Shown here: positions 44,166 through 52,482 of the stretch, one piece after another
How positions within the stretch are numbered: position 1 is the first letter of the stretch
How the letters are laid out: each line of letters begins with the position of its first letter
Origin: an uncultured Christensenella sp.
GTDB taxonomy: Bacteria > Bacillota > Clostridia > Christensenellales > UBA1242
Assembly: GCA_910586385.1 (NCBI GenBank)
Contig: CAJUGX010000001.1
Span: 78,408 to 142,407 of the forward strand
DNA: 64,000 nt
Reading direction: 5' to 3'
Translations under genes and position numbers: made by a program
Notes under the pieces: generated by a model
Database searches by the model: none
What the model was told of the DNA's origin: nothing
The model's input: the letters and a program-made list of their open reading frames with translations, nothing else

Positions 44166-44233
44166 TGGTGCTCCCGTCAGGATTCGAACCCGAACAAATG
44201 GTTCCGAAGTTGTATAAATACAATATCGGGAGT
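44166..44233 (-). other. tRNA-like fragment (T-arm, acceptor 3' strand and CCA). Possibly an att-site remnant or pseudo-tRNA.
   Basis: The minus strand reads ACTCCCG-(33 nt)-TCGGG-TTCGAAT-CCTGA-CGGGAGC-A-CCA. The T-arm and acceptor are tRNA-like. The 33-nt middle cannot form D and anticodon arms. Confidence 0.4.
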
Positions 44234-44377
44234 TCGTTTTTCATGCCGTTTTGCACCATATTTTATCGTATCGTAAAGTGCCTAAATCCCTTTATTTATC
44301 GAATGTTTAGCAATTTCACTTTAACAAAAAGTATTATACAACATTTTGCCAAGAAAACATAGCACAAAACGGCACTT

Positions 44378-44410
44378 TTGCAAAAATTTTGCATTTTTCT
44401 TGCAAAAATT
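44378..44410. repeat. Three tandem 11-bp units starting with TTGCA
   Basis: TTGCAAAAATT / TTGCATTTTTC / TTGCAAAAATT. The first unit is part of the palindrome TTTTGCAAAA. Confidence 0.7.
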
Positions 44411-44474
44411 CGTCACAAGTAAGCAATTTTGCTTATTTTTTTATTTTTCAAATTTTAAATAAGGAAGTATAACA

Positions 44475-45872
44475 ATGAAAAAATTTTGGATAACCTTTGG
44501 TGCCATAGCCTTTGCGCTTATTCTTGGCACTGGTATTATTTTATTGTGCTGCCTACCAAAAGCAGCCCCATATAATGATAAAAACGACCCCGCAATTGAA
44601 ATTCCGGTGGATCCAGAAACTCCACCAGAAAACCCAGACAATAAAGACAAAGATAAAGAAGAAGAAAAAGATCCAAACGAACAGCCAGATGATCCTAAGC
44701 CAGAGCAACCAGAGGATCCAAAACCAGAACAACCGGAAGATCATAATGAAGAAGAAATTGTTGGAACTGTTATCCCATTTTCTTTTAATGACGGTGCCAT
44801 TGTTGGATATAGCGGAAATGACAAAGAAATCACAATCCCAACATCTTACTCTTTTGGTGGATATAAGACAGAAGAAACAACCTTTGAAAACATTTGGGAT
44901 TTTTATGATTGGTATCATAGAAATCAATTTGAATGGAAAGGAAAAGAAATAACTATCAAACTTGCGGATGGCGAAGATTATGTTATTTATAACTCATCAA
45001 ATATCTTGCCAGAACTTGAAAATATTGAGGACGCCTTTCCTATTATATATATAGATAAGAAAGAAATCTTTGTTGAAGGCAACGATTTTCAAGTAGATAC
45101 AATTGGTGCAAGTGCTTTTAGTGGAAAACAATTTTCAAAAGTTGAAATCCCTTATGGAATTATTAAAATTGAAAACTATGCTTTTTCTGGTTGTTCTTCA
45201 ATGACTGAACTAAGTTTGCCAAACTCTCTTATAGAAATAGAACAAGCAGGATTTTATAAATGCACAGCTTTGGAATCTCTCACAATCCCAGACAGCGTGA
45301 CAACTCTTGGATATTTAGCATTTTCAGAGTGCACAAGTATTACAAGCGTTGTTCTTCCAAAAAATGCAGTCAATCTTGGAATGTGTATTTTTGAAAATTG
45401 TTATGGATTGGTCTATGCAAGAGTTGAAAGTGAAATCACAAGACTTTCAAATGAAAACTTTGCCCACTGCACAAGTTTGAAAACTGTCGAATTGCCAGAC
45501 AATCTTGTCGAAATTGGCGGTTGCCAATTCTTTGGCTGCACAAGTTTGGAATATATCAAAATCCCAGACACAGTAAAAGTTATTGGTGAAAGATCTTTCA
45601 ACAATTGCACATCACTTGTTGAATTGGATTTGCCAGCAAGCCTGACAGAACTTGAAATTTCAAGTGATTACTACAAAATCGGTTTGGTTTACAATTGCCC
45701 TGCACTTGAAAGAATTATTATCCGTTCCGAAATTCAAATCGACTTAACGGAATTAAACAAATCTTATCAATATGGAACAAGATGTGATATTTATATTGCT
45801 GATGAACTTTTAACAAGTTATCAACAAACATATCCAAATATGAGATTTTTCGCTTTAAGCAATCTGATGTAA
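44475..45872 (+). CDS. BspA-type leucine-rich-repeat surface protein with an N-terminal TM anchor and a Pro/Glu-rich linker
   Basis: TM helix FWITFGAIAFALILGTGIILLCC. The linker has PDDPKPEQPEDPKPEQPED repeats. At least 8 LRR_5-like units are present (..IPDSVTTLGYLAFSECTSL..). Confidence 0.8.
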   Translation: MKKFWITFGAIAFALILGTGIILLCCLPKAAPYNDKNDPAIEIPVDPETPPENPDNKDKDKEEEKDPNEQPDDPKPEQPEDPKPEQPEDHNEEEIVGTVIPFSFNDGAIVGYSGNDKEITIPTSYSFGGYKTEETTFENIWDFYDWYHRNQFEWKGKEITIKLADGEDYVIYNSSNILPELENIEDAFPIIYIDKKEIFVEGNDFQVDTIGASAFSGKQFSKVEIPYGIIKIENYAFSGCSSMTELSLPNSLIEIEQAGFYKCTALESLTIPDSVTTLGYLAFSECTSITSVVLPKNAVNLGMCIFENCYGLVYARVESEITRLSNENFAHCTSLKTVELPDNLVEIGGCQFFGCTSLEYIKIPDTVKVIGERSFNNCTSLVELDLPASLTELEISSDYYKIGLVYNCPALERIIIRSEIQIDLTELNKSYQYGTRCDIYIADELLTSYQQTYPNMRFFALSNLM

Positions 45873-45877
45873 AAATT

Positions 45878-45905
45878 AGGCACAGAAAATCTGTGCCTTT
45901 TTTTA
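45878..45905 (+). terminator. Rho-independent terminator
   Basis: AGGCACAG-aaaat-CTGTGCCT followed by TTTTTTT. Confidence 0.85.
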
Positions 45906-45942
45906 TAAAAATCCGACAAAAAACCAACAAAAAACAACAAAT

Positions 45943-48777
45943 ATGTGCTATAATAGACGCGTGGTAAAAGTTGATATAGTAAAAGTAAAAAGTTTGAACA
46001 ATTTGAAGTTAGAAAATATTGAACACAAATCTAACGAACTTTTTATCACTGCAACTCGTAGTCTTGCTTATCAATTAAACAAAGATAAGAAAGAAAATGT
46101 TATTGACTATACCCAACTATACAACTTTATAAAATCAAAAGCAAAAGAAAAGGGTTGCCTTTATGAAAGCGAGATGAGATACATCTTGCACAAAACTATT
46201 AAAAGTTTGCCCGATGACGATTTATGTAAACAAGCGTTTTTAAACAGTCAAAGTCTTTTGTATGATTTATACAACAACCTTTTAATGAACAATATATATG
46301 AACAAGTTGATTTATCTCAAATTGAACAAACACAACTTTCATCAAATTATAAACTCTTTAAACTCTACAAATCTTATGTGGAAGAATTAAATAAACAAAA
46401 GAAGCCAACATTCCAAGAGACTTTCAAATTATGTTTGGAAGAATATTTCATGACCTTTGCCAAAGTCTCTTTTGTAGGTTTTACTTTCTTTAATGATATT
46501 CAAAATTGCATTTTTGATAACTTGTGGAAATTTTACAACAAAGTAAATAAATTTATTGTTGATGACGACTTTATTGTCAATGATTTTCTCGTGACATTCT
46601 TAAATAAGAAACACATCTCGTATGATATTAAAGAAATTGACAATAGTAAGCAAAACAATGATATAAATTTAAAGTTTGAAATGTATAATCCATTTTCGAC
46701 AAGAGAAATGGAATTTGAGTTTATCATCACAAAGATCGTGCAGGCCTTAAAACAATATGATAGCAAAGAGAAGATACAAGCTGCTTGCGAAGATTTTGCA
46801 ATTGTTATCACAAATCAATTTTCAAAACAAACTCAAATCTTCAATGATTTGTTTAAAAGACATGGAGTATTTATTTCCCCCGACAATCAAATCTTTTTCT
46901 CACAAGACGAATTTTTGCAAAGTAAATACAAGACCTATTTAAGCAAAAAAGAAAGATTGGCAGAATTTTACACTTTCCCAAGACTTGAAGTCTATGAGCC
47001 ACCAAAGGCAAAACTATTCAACACAAATATTGGAAGATTTATAAGTGAGATTTATAAAATCTCTGCAAACGGAATGAAATTAGACAATTTCATCACTCTC
47101 TTAAAAATCAATTGGCTTTTCAAAGAAACTGCTATTGATGACATTATAAGCGAATTCAATGCTGTAAAAGATTTCTTTGAAAACTTGGAAGAATTGGAAG
47201 ATTGGAAAGCACAAATTGCGAAACTCATTTCTTTAAAGAAGTCTCTTGTTTTTGACGCGCCAATCCATTTGCACCCATTAAAAGCAATTCGATTGGACTC
47301 TCTTGAATTTATACAAAAATATATTTTATTCTTGGATAGCACAATAAGAAAAATAAGACAAGTCAAAGGAAGTGCTCAAAGACATATCAAAGTGCTTGTT
47401 GAACTCCTTAAATCGCAAGTAAACGATATAGATTTAGCAATGCAGCTTCTAAACTTATTTGCCGAAATCTTACGCAGTAAAGACAATGGCGTTGAGATTG
47501 ATTTTGATTATTTCGCAAAAAACTTTCAACTTTTAATGAGTGAGTTTCTTTCTTCACAGAAAGGGGAATCAACCAATATAAGAGTGAACGCAATCAACTT
47601 GGAAAGCGTTGGCAAATACAAAACTGTCTTTGTGCCTATGTTTGAAGAAAACAAATACCCTATGGGCTTTTCTTACTCATTCCCTTACAGCAAAGAAGTT
47701 GTTGACATTCTTCAAGACGACAAGCTGATAAAAAACTATAATTTGCCATTGAACTTGACAATGGACTATAATTTAAAATTATCAAATTATGTTTTCAATA
47801 ACTTGTTTAATATCGCACAAGAAAAAGTTATTTTCACGCGCATTGAAAGTGAACAGGGAAGGCCTTTGGATTGGTCCGTATTTGCCTATGATATTTATGG
47901 TAAAATGGACTTGCAAACTTTGAAAGTTGACAATACAAAAGACATCAAAATATCAAAAGATTTTGGCTTAATCTTCAAAGATTTAAAACTCAAAGATATG
48001 AACTTGAACGAAATGTTGGAATATTTTGTTTGCCCAAAAATGTTTAATTACATGATCCAATATCCAGACAAAAATAGCTATACAGATAAGTTTTTGTTGA
48101 ATTTCTATTGTAGAGCACTGATCGTCAATAAGACACTCACAAATCTGGCGAATGGCACAACCTATACAGAACAAACAATAAAGCCAGCACTTAATGAAAG
48201 TTTAAAACAAGCGGCAAAAGAAGTGTTTGAAATTTTGCCTATGTTTGACAGCAACAACAGAAATGATATTTTGCTTGCCACAAGAAAACAAGTAAATACT
48301 TTTGTTGATGAGAAAATTCTTACAGGAAGATATAAGCCTAAAAATGATTTTATATTGACGCTTGGTGATGAGAAAGTCATTGAACATAAAGGAATTAAAG
48401 TCAACACCCATAAAACATTGGTTGTCAAAGATATTGCACGCAAGAAAGACTATGTTTTTGACATAAGCAAGAATTTGGACTATTTGACATCTTCTTCCGG
48501 TGGAAAACAAACAGAGAAAAAGCATTTCGATGAGATAATAACAGAGTTAGAAATCAATAAAAAATATATTGATCGTGGATATAGCTTGAACTTTTTAGGC
48601 TTTAAACTTAATACTCAACTTAATACGCCAAAATTTGAAAATGATGGAATTGAAAGAACAAAAAAAGTTATCAATTCTCTTTCTGATATAGAAATTGGAA
48701 ACAAAGCATTTGTGCAATCTTCCTATTGCTCTTATTGCAAGTTTAAAAATATTTGTAAAGGAGGAATGGGCAGATGA
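45943..48777 (+). CDS. AddB/RexB-like helicase-nuclease subunit: inactive helicase-like N-terminal part and a C-terminal PD-(D/E)XK nuclease with a Cas4/AddB-type Fe-S cluster
   Basis: The C-terminus is ..SSYCSYCKFKNICKG (Cx2Cx5C), with an upstream Cys (FVCPKMF), as in AddB. I saw no Walker A. The real start is probably at or after GTG 45961. ATGA overlap with the downstream helicase. Confidence 0.65.
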   Translation: MCYNRRVVKVDIVKVKSLNNLKLENIEHKSNELFITATRSLAYQLNKDKKENVIDYTQLYNFIKSKAKEKGCLYESEMRYILHKTIKSLPDDDLCKQAFLNSQSLLYDLYNNLLMNNIYEQVDLSQIEQTQLSSNYKLFKLYKSYVEELNKQKKPTFQETFKLCLEEYFMTFAKVSFVGFTFFNDIQNCIFDNLWKFYNKVNKFIVDDDFIVNDFLVTFLNKKHISYDIKEIDNSKQNNDINLKFEMYNPFSTREMEFEFIITKIVQALKQYDSKEKIQAACEDFAIVITNQFSKQTQIFNDLFKRHGVFISPDNQIFFSQDEFLQSKYKTYLSKKERLAEFYTFPRLEVYEPPKAKLFNTNIGRFISEIYKISANGMKLDNFITLLKINWLFKETAIDDIISEFNAVKDFFENLEELEDWKAQIAKLISLKKSLVFDAPIHLHPLKAIRLDSLEFIQKYILFLDSTIRKIRQVKGSAQRHIKVLVELLKSQVNDIDLAMQLLNLFAEILRSKDNGVEIDFDYFAKNFQLLMSEFLSSQKGESTNIRVNAINLESVGKYKTVFVPMFEENKYPMGFSYSFPYSKEVVDILQDDKLIKNYNLPLNLTMDYNLKLSNYVFNNLFNIAQEKVIFTRIESEQGRPLDWSVFAYDIYGKMDLQTLKVDNTKDIKISKDFGLIFKDLKLKDMNLNEMLEYFVCPKMFNYMIQYPDKNSYTDKFLLNFYCRALIVNKTLTNLANGTTYTEQTIKPALNESLKQAAKEVFEILPMFDSNNRNDILLATRKQVNTFVDEKILTGRYKPKNDFILTLGDEKVIEHKGIKVNTHKTLVVKDIARKKDYVFDISKNLDYLTSSSGGKQTEKKHFDEIITELEINKKYIDRGYSLNFLGFKLNTQLNTPKFENDGIERTKKVINSLSDIEIGNKAFVQSSYCSYCKFKNICKGGMGR
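45946..45954 (+). promoter_or_regulatory. Extended -10 element TGCTATAAT
   Basis: It lies inside the first codons of the listed ORF (ATGTGCTATAAT), which implies the true start codon is downstream. Confidence 0.45.
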
Positions 48778-50774
48778 ATAATGATGAAATAATAAAGAAC
48801 TCTCACTACCCCGCTTATGTTGTCGCCAGCGCAGGCACAGGGAAAACAGAACTTATTGCAAGAAAAGTTGAACATTTACTCATTGAAGAAAATGTTGATA
48901 TTGACAAAATTGCGTTAATAACCTTTACAAACAAAGCAACAGCAGAAACAATTGAAAGAATAAAAGGCAAACTTTATCAAGCATGGCTGAATGGCAATAA
49001 GTCTTTGCGTAAACAAATTGATAAAATCAACTTGGCAAAGATTTCTACAATCCATGTATTTTGCGACAACATTGTTCGAGAGTTTGCTATGGAAGTTGGA
49101 CTTTGCCCAAACTATGCAATATCCAATCTTACTTTGGAAAAAGAAAAGATTGCAAATGACATCATCAAAGACAACTATGTTGAGAAGATCTTTGAAACTA
49201 TCCCTATGTATAAAGCCACAAAAATGCTTGTAGAAATCGAAGAAAAGGCCAGCGACAAAGGAATCGATGTCATCATTGATGATTGCCCTAAAAACACCTT
49301 TTGGGACAGTTTGAGAGCATATTTTGGCAAGATTTATCCTATTTATGCTGAACGACTTGAACAATGCAAGTTGGAACTTGGAAAGATCACTTTGAACGAT
49401 CTCATTAAATACGCAGTTAAACTTTTGCGAAATAAACAAATTGCACCATATATCAAAAACTCTTTGGAATATGTTTTCTTGGACGAAGCACAAGACATAA
49501 ACTATCTGCAAGCAGAACTTATGAAATTGTTGATTGATTATAGAATAAAAGTTTTTGTTGTTGGTGACGAAAAACAATCAATTTACGCTTTTCGTGGAAG
49601 TGATAAAAAAGCCTTTAATCAACTTATCAACTATATCAATGACAATAGTGGCACAAAATTTGAATTGACAACAAATTATAGATCGGATAAGTTTATAATT
49701 GACAAAGTCAACAACCTATTCTCTCGTCAATTTAGATATAAGTTGCAAAACCTTAATTTCAACAATCAAGAACTTGTTGCTGCTGACAATGCAACCTACA
49801 CAGACAAAGCCATTGAAATCAAATTTGCAGGCGAATTGGCAGAAATTGTGGAAAATGTGGCAGTAAATCTTGAAAGTGGAAAATCGCCATGTTATAATAA
49901 AATTGCAATCTTATGTAGGACCAATAGAGAAGTTTTGAGAACTTATCAAGAACTCTTAAACTATGACATTCCCGCGCAGATTTACATCAGCAAAAGCATT
50001 TATCAGTCAAAAGCAATTATTGACTTGTGCAAATTGCTTAATTGTATTTCTGGTGGGGGCGTTTTAGAAAAAGCTGAACTTTTCTACACAGACCTTTATC
50101 TTTCTGCCAATGCAAATGGCATTACAGAAAAACAATTTAATGAGATTGTTGATAACTCTACAATAACCTTTAAGGAAAATGGAATCATCTCTGCTTTGCA
50201 TGAAAATTTTGAAAACTGCAATCTGCTTAATTATTATTTAAAAACAGACAACAAACAAGCTCTTGCAAACATTCAAAGATTTGTCGAAATATTGAGAGAT
50301 CTTAGTGACGACAACATGACAGATATGGAAATCATAAATTATCTTAATGTTATGATTGCCACAGGCAAAGATGAAAATCAACCACAAGTGGATATTGGAA
50401 ACGCAGTTATCGTCAGCACAATTCATACTTTCAAAGGGCTTGCAAGTGATGTTGTCATCATCAATGAAATTGACAGCAACTTAATCAAAGGACAATATGC
50501 TGATTTCTATTATGACACGCAGAATGGATTGTCTTTCAATAAAAACACTCTTATCCCTAACTTAAACATAGAAAATGACAGCAGATTTGAAAGCATGAAG
50601 AACAAGATTATAATTGACAATCTTGAAGAAGAACTCAACATTATGTATGTGATGATGACACGTGCAAAGAAAAAGTTAATCTTACGATCAAGAAAAGAAC
50701 TTGACAAAGTGAAATTTCATATTTCACAAACTGAAAACTATGCTTCATATTTACGGTGGATTTACAAGATCTAA
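48774..50774 (+). CDS. UvrD/PcrA/AddA-family SF1 helicase without a nuclease domain
   Basis: Motif I VASAGTGKT, motif II VFLDEAQDIN, motif III VVGDEKQSIYAFRG, motif IV LTTNYRS, motif V VSTIHTFKGLASDVV, motif VI YVMMTRAKKKL. Only 666 aa. Confidence 0.85.
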   Translation: MNNDEIIKNSHYPAYVVASAGTGKTELIARKVEHLLIEENVDIDKIALITFTNKATAETIERIKGKLYQAWLNGNKSLRKQIDKINLAKISTIHVFCDNIVREFAMEVGLCPNYAISNLTLEKEKIANDIIKDNYVEKIFETIPMYKATKMLVEIEEKASDKGIDVIIDDCPKNTFWDSLRAYFGKIYPIYAERLEQCKLELGKITLNDLIKYAVKLLRNKQIAPYIKNSLEYVFLDEAQDINYLQAELMKLLIDYRIKVFVVGDEKQSIYAFRGSDKKAFNQLINYINDNSGTKFELTTNYRSDKFIIDKVNNLFSRQFRYKLQNLNFNNQELVAADNATYTDKAIEIKFAGELAEIVENVAVNLESGKSPCYNKIAILCRTNREVLRTYQELLNYDIPAQIYISKSIYQSKAIIDLCKLLNCISGGGVLEKAELFYTDLYLSANANGITEKQFNEIVDNSTITFKENGIISALHENFENCNLLNYYLKTDNKQALANIQRFVEILRDLSDDNMTDMEIINYLNVMIATGKDENQPQVDIGNAVIVSTIHTFKGLASDVVIINEIDSNLIKGQYADFYYDTQNGLSFNKNTLIPNLNIENDSRFESMKNKIIIDNLEEELNIMYVMMTRAKKKLILRSRKELDKVKFHISQTENYASYLRWIYKI

Positions 50775-50785
50775 ATTAAGAAGCC

Positions 50786-50826
50786 AAAAAGCACTTAAAC
50801 AAAATGATGTTTACGTGCTTTTTTAT
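50786..50826 (+). terminator. Probable terminator after the helicase gene
   Basis: GCACTTAAAC-(8 nt)-GTTTACGTGC (one mismatch) followed by TTTTTT. Confidence 0.5.
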
Positions 50827-50847
50827 TCAAACAATTAAGGAGTGTTT

Positions 50848-52482
50848 ATGTGGATTAAAGAAGAAAATCGAGAAGTTAAGACTGTTGCCTATTGGTGCTC
50901 TCATTGTAAAATTCCTGTGATAAGAGAAAAGTCAAAACAAGAGTTTTGCCCAATCTGCAATCACAAAATGAAATTCTTGTCAAACACTTTAAGACCGGTG
51001 TTTCCAGCAGAAGAAAAACTTGTGGAGCTTATGACTGGACTTGATTTGAAAGATAAAATTGTGTGGAAAGGAAAGAGCACTTACTTTGTAAATGGCAAAA
51101 GTTTGCGAATAACAAACAAAGAAAAAGTTGACGCTGATGACGCTTTTTTAAGGAAAAACCTATTAAAAAACGCAAAAAATAGCGAAAAATTCGATAAAAA
51201 TATGGATTTTTTCATAAAAGCGAACAAAAACCACTTAAATTATATAACACAAGAAGCTATTGAGTTTATACAAGAAGAAAGCCGAAAATACGATATAAAA
51301 AACACAATGGTGTCTTTTAGTGGTGGTAAAGATAGCACTGTCGTTTCGGACTTAGTTTGTCGTGCTTTGCCAGATAAAAAGATAATTCATATTTTCAGCG
51401 ACACAACACTTGAAATCGACAGCACTTATCAATATGTGGAAAGGCTTAAACAAAACAAACAAATTGAAATGCACATAGCACGCAACAATGATAACAACTT
51501 TTTTGAAATGGCAAAAAAGATTGGACCACCTACAATGGCAGGACGTTGGTGTTGCTATATGTTTAAAACTGGTGCATTAAATCGAAAGATGAACGAAATC
51601 TTTGACGGTAGAGTTTTGACATTCTATGGCGTAAGAAGAAGTGAAAGTGCTACAAGAGCAAATTACAATCGCGTTGAAGAAAAAACAGAATCTGTTAAAA
51701 TCTCAAATCAAAGAAGCAGCGCCCCTATTCTTTATTGGACCGATCTGGAAGTTTGGCTTTATATCTTGGCAAATAAAATTGATTTCAACGAAGCCTACAC
51801 AAAAGGCTATAATCGTGTTGGCTGTTATTGTTGCCCAAATGCGTCCATATCATCTGAGCTTATGGAACGAATTTACAATCACAAGAAATATTCTAAATGG
51901 ACCAAACAATTGGAAGAATTTGGAAAACAATGCAATAAGAGTGATTTAGATGACTATGTGAAAAATGGACGCTGGAAAATGAGAAATGGTGGTGTTGGAG
52001 TTAAAGCAGCACAAAGTGTTAAATTGAAATCAACAGCTTGCACTGCCGAAGAACATGGAAAAATTTACGAACTGCAAAAGGATATAAACAAATCGTTCTT
52101 CAACTTATTTTTGCCTTTTGGCTATTTACAAGAAGGACGCAAAGAGATAAATGAAATGCTCGTTTTGCAGCCTGCCACAATGATCCCAATTATTTCAATA
52201 CAACCTTTAAGCGAAAGGAAAGTTAAGATTGTCACGATCAACGCACAAAATCCACGATCATTGCACTCTCGTCTTGCTTATCAAATCGTCAAATACAATG
52301 CTTGCAACCAATGTTTGAAATGTGAAAGCCTTTGTCGTTTTGGCGCGATAACTTGCAAACCAGACAAATATGAAATTGATGATAAGAAATGCAAAAGATG
52401 TCAGGCTTGTGTAAATCCAAAATATTTGGCTGGTGGCTGTTTGATGTGCAGATATTTACGAACAAAGAAGGACGCACAATGA
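50848..52482 (+). CDS. PP-loop ATP pyrophosphatase (PAPS-reductase/DndC/SspD-like) with an N-terminal zinc ribbon and a C-terminal 2x[4Fe-4S] ferredoxin domain
   Basis: Zn-ribbon CSHCK..CPICN. PP-loop SFSGGKDS. ..GRWCCYMFK.., ..GCYCCPN... The C-terminus has CNQCLKCESLC (Cx2Cx2Cx3C) and CKRCQAC. Start at MWIKEE (AAGGAG RBS). Confidence 0.8.
   Translation: MWIKEENREVKTVAYWCSHCKIPVIREKSKQEFCPICNHKMKFLSNTLRPVFPAEEKLVELMTGLDLKDKIVWKGKSTYFVNGKSLRITNKEKVDADDAFLRKNLLKNAKNSEKFDKNMDFFIKANKNHLNYITQEAIEFIQEESRKYDIKNTMVSFSGGKDSTVVSDLVCRALPDKKIIHIFSDTTLEIDSTYQYVERLKQNKQIEMHIARNNDNNFFEMAKKIGPPTMAGRWCCYMFKTGALNRKMNEIFDGRVLTFYGVRRSESATRANYNRVEEKTESVKISNQRSSAPILYWTDLEVWLYILANKIDFNEAYTKGYNRVGCYCCPNASISSELMERIYNHKKYSKWTKQLEEFGKQCNKSDLDDYVKNGRWKMRNGGVGVKAAQSVKLKSTACTAEEHGKIYELQKDINKSFFNLFLPFGYLQEGRKEINEMLVLQPATMIPIISIQPLSERKVKIVTINAQNPRSLHSRLAYQIVKYNACNQCLKCESLCRFGAITCKPDKYEIDDKKCKRCQACVNPKYLAGGCLMCRYLRTKKDAQ

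Noticed and set aside
44166-44233. Interpretation of the tRNA-like element as a functional tRNA gene
   Set aside because: It is only 68 nt including CCA. The 33-nt central segment forms a 5-bp/4-nt-loop hairpin and cannot give D and anticodon arms. Position 1:72 would be an A-C mismatch.
44641-44760. Tandem nucleotide repeats in the LRR-protein linker, considered as a possible CRISPR-like or VNTR element
   Set aside because: These are short imperfect in-frame repeats encoding PDDPKPEQPEDPKPEQPED. There is no spacer/repeat organisation.
44512-44952. Alternative-frame ORFs (146 aa on the + strand, 124 aa on the - strand) over the start of the LRR gene
   Set aside because: They are generated by the repetitive Pro/Glu/Lys-coding linker (CCAGA/GAAGA repeats). 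The annotated frame continues into clear LRR repeats.
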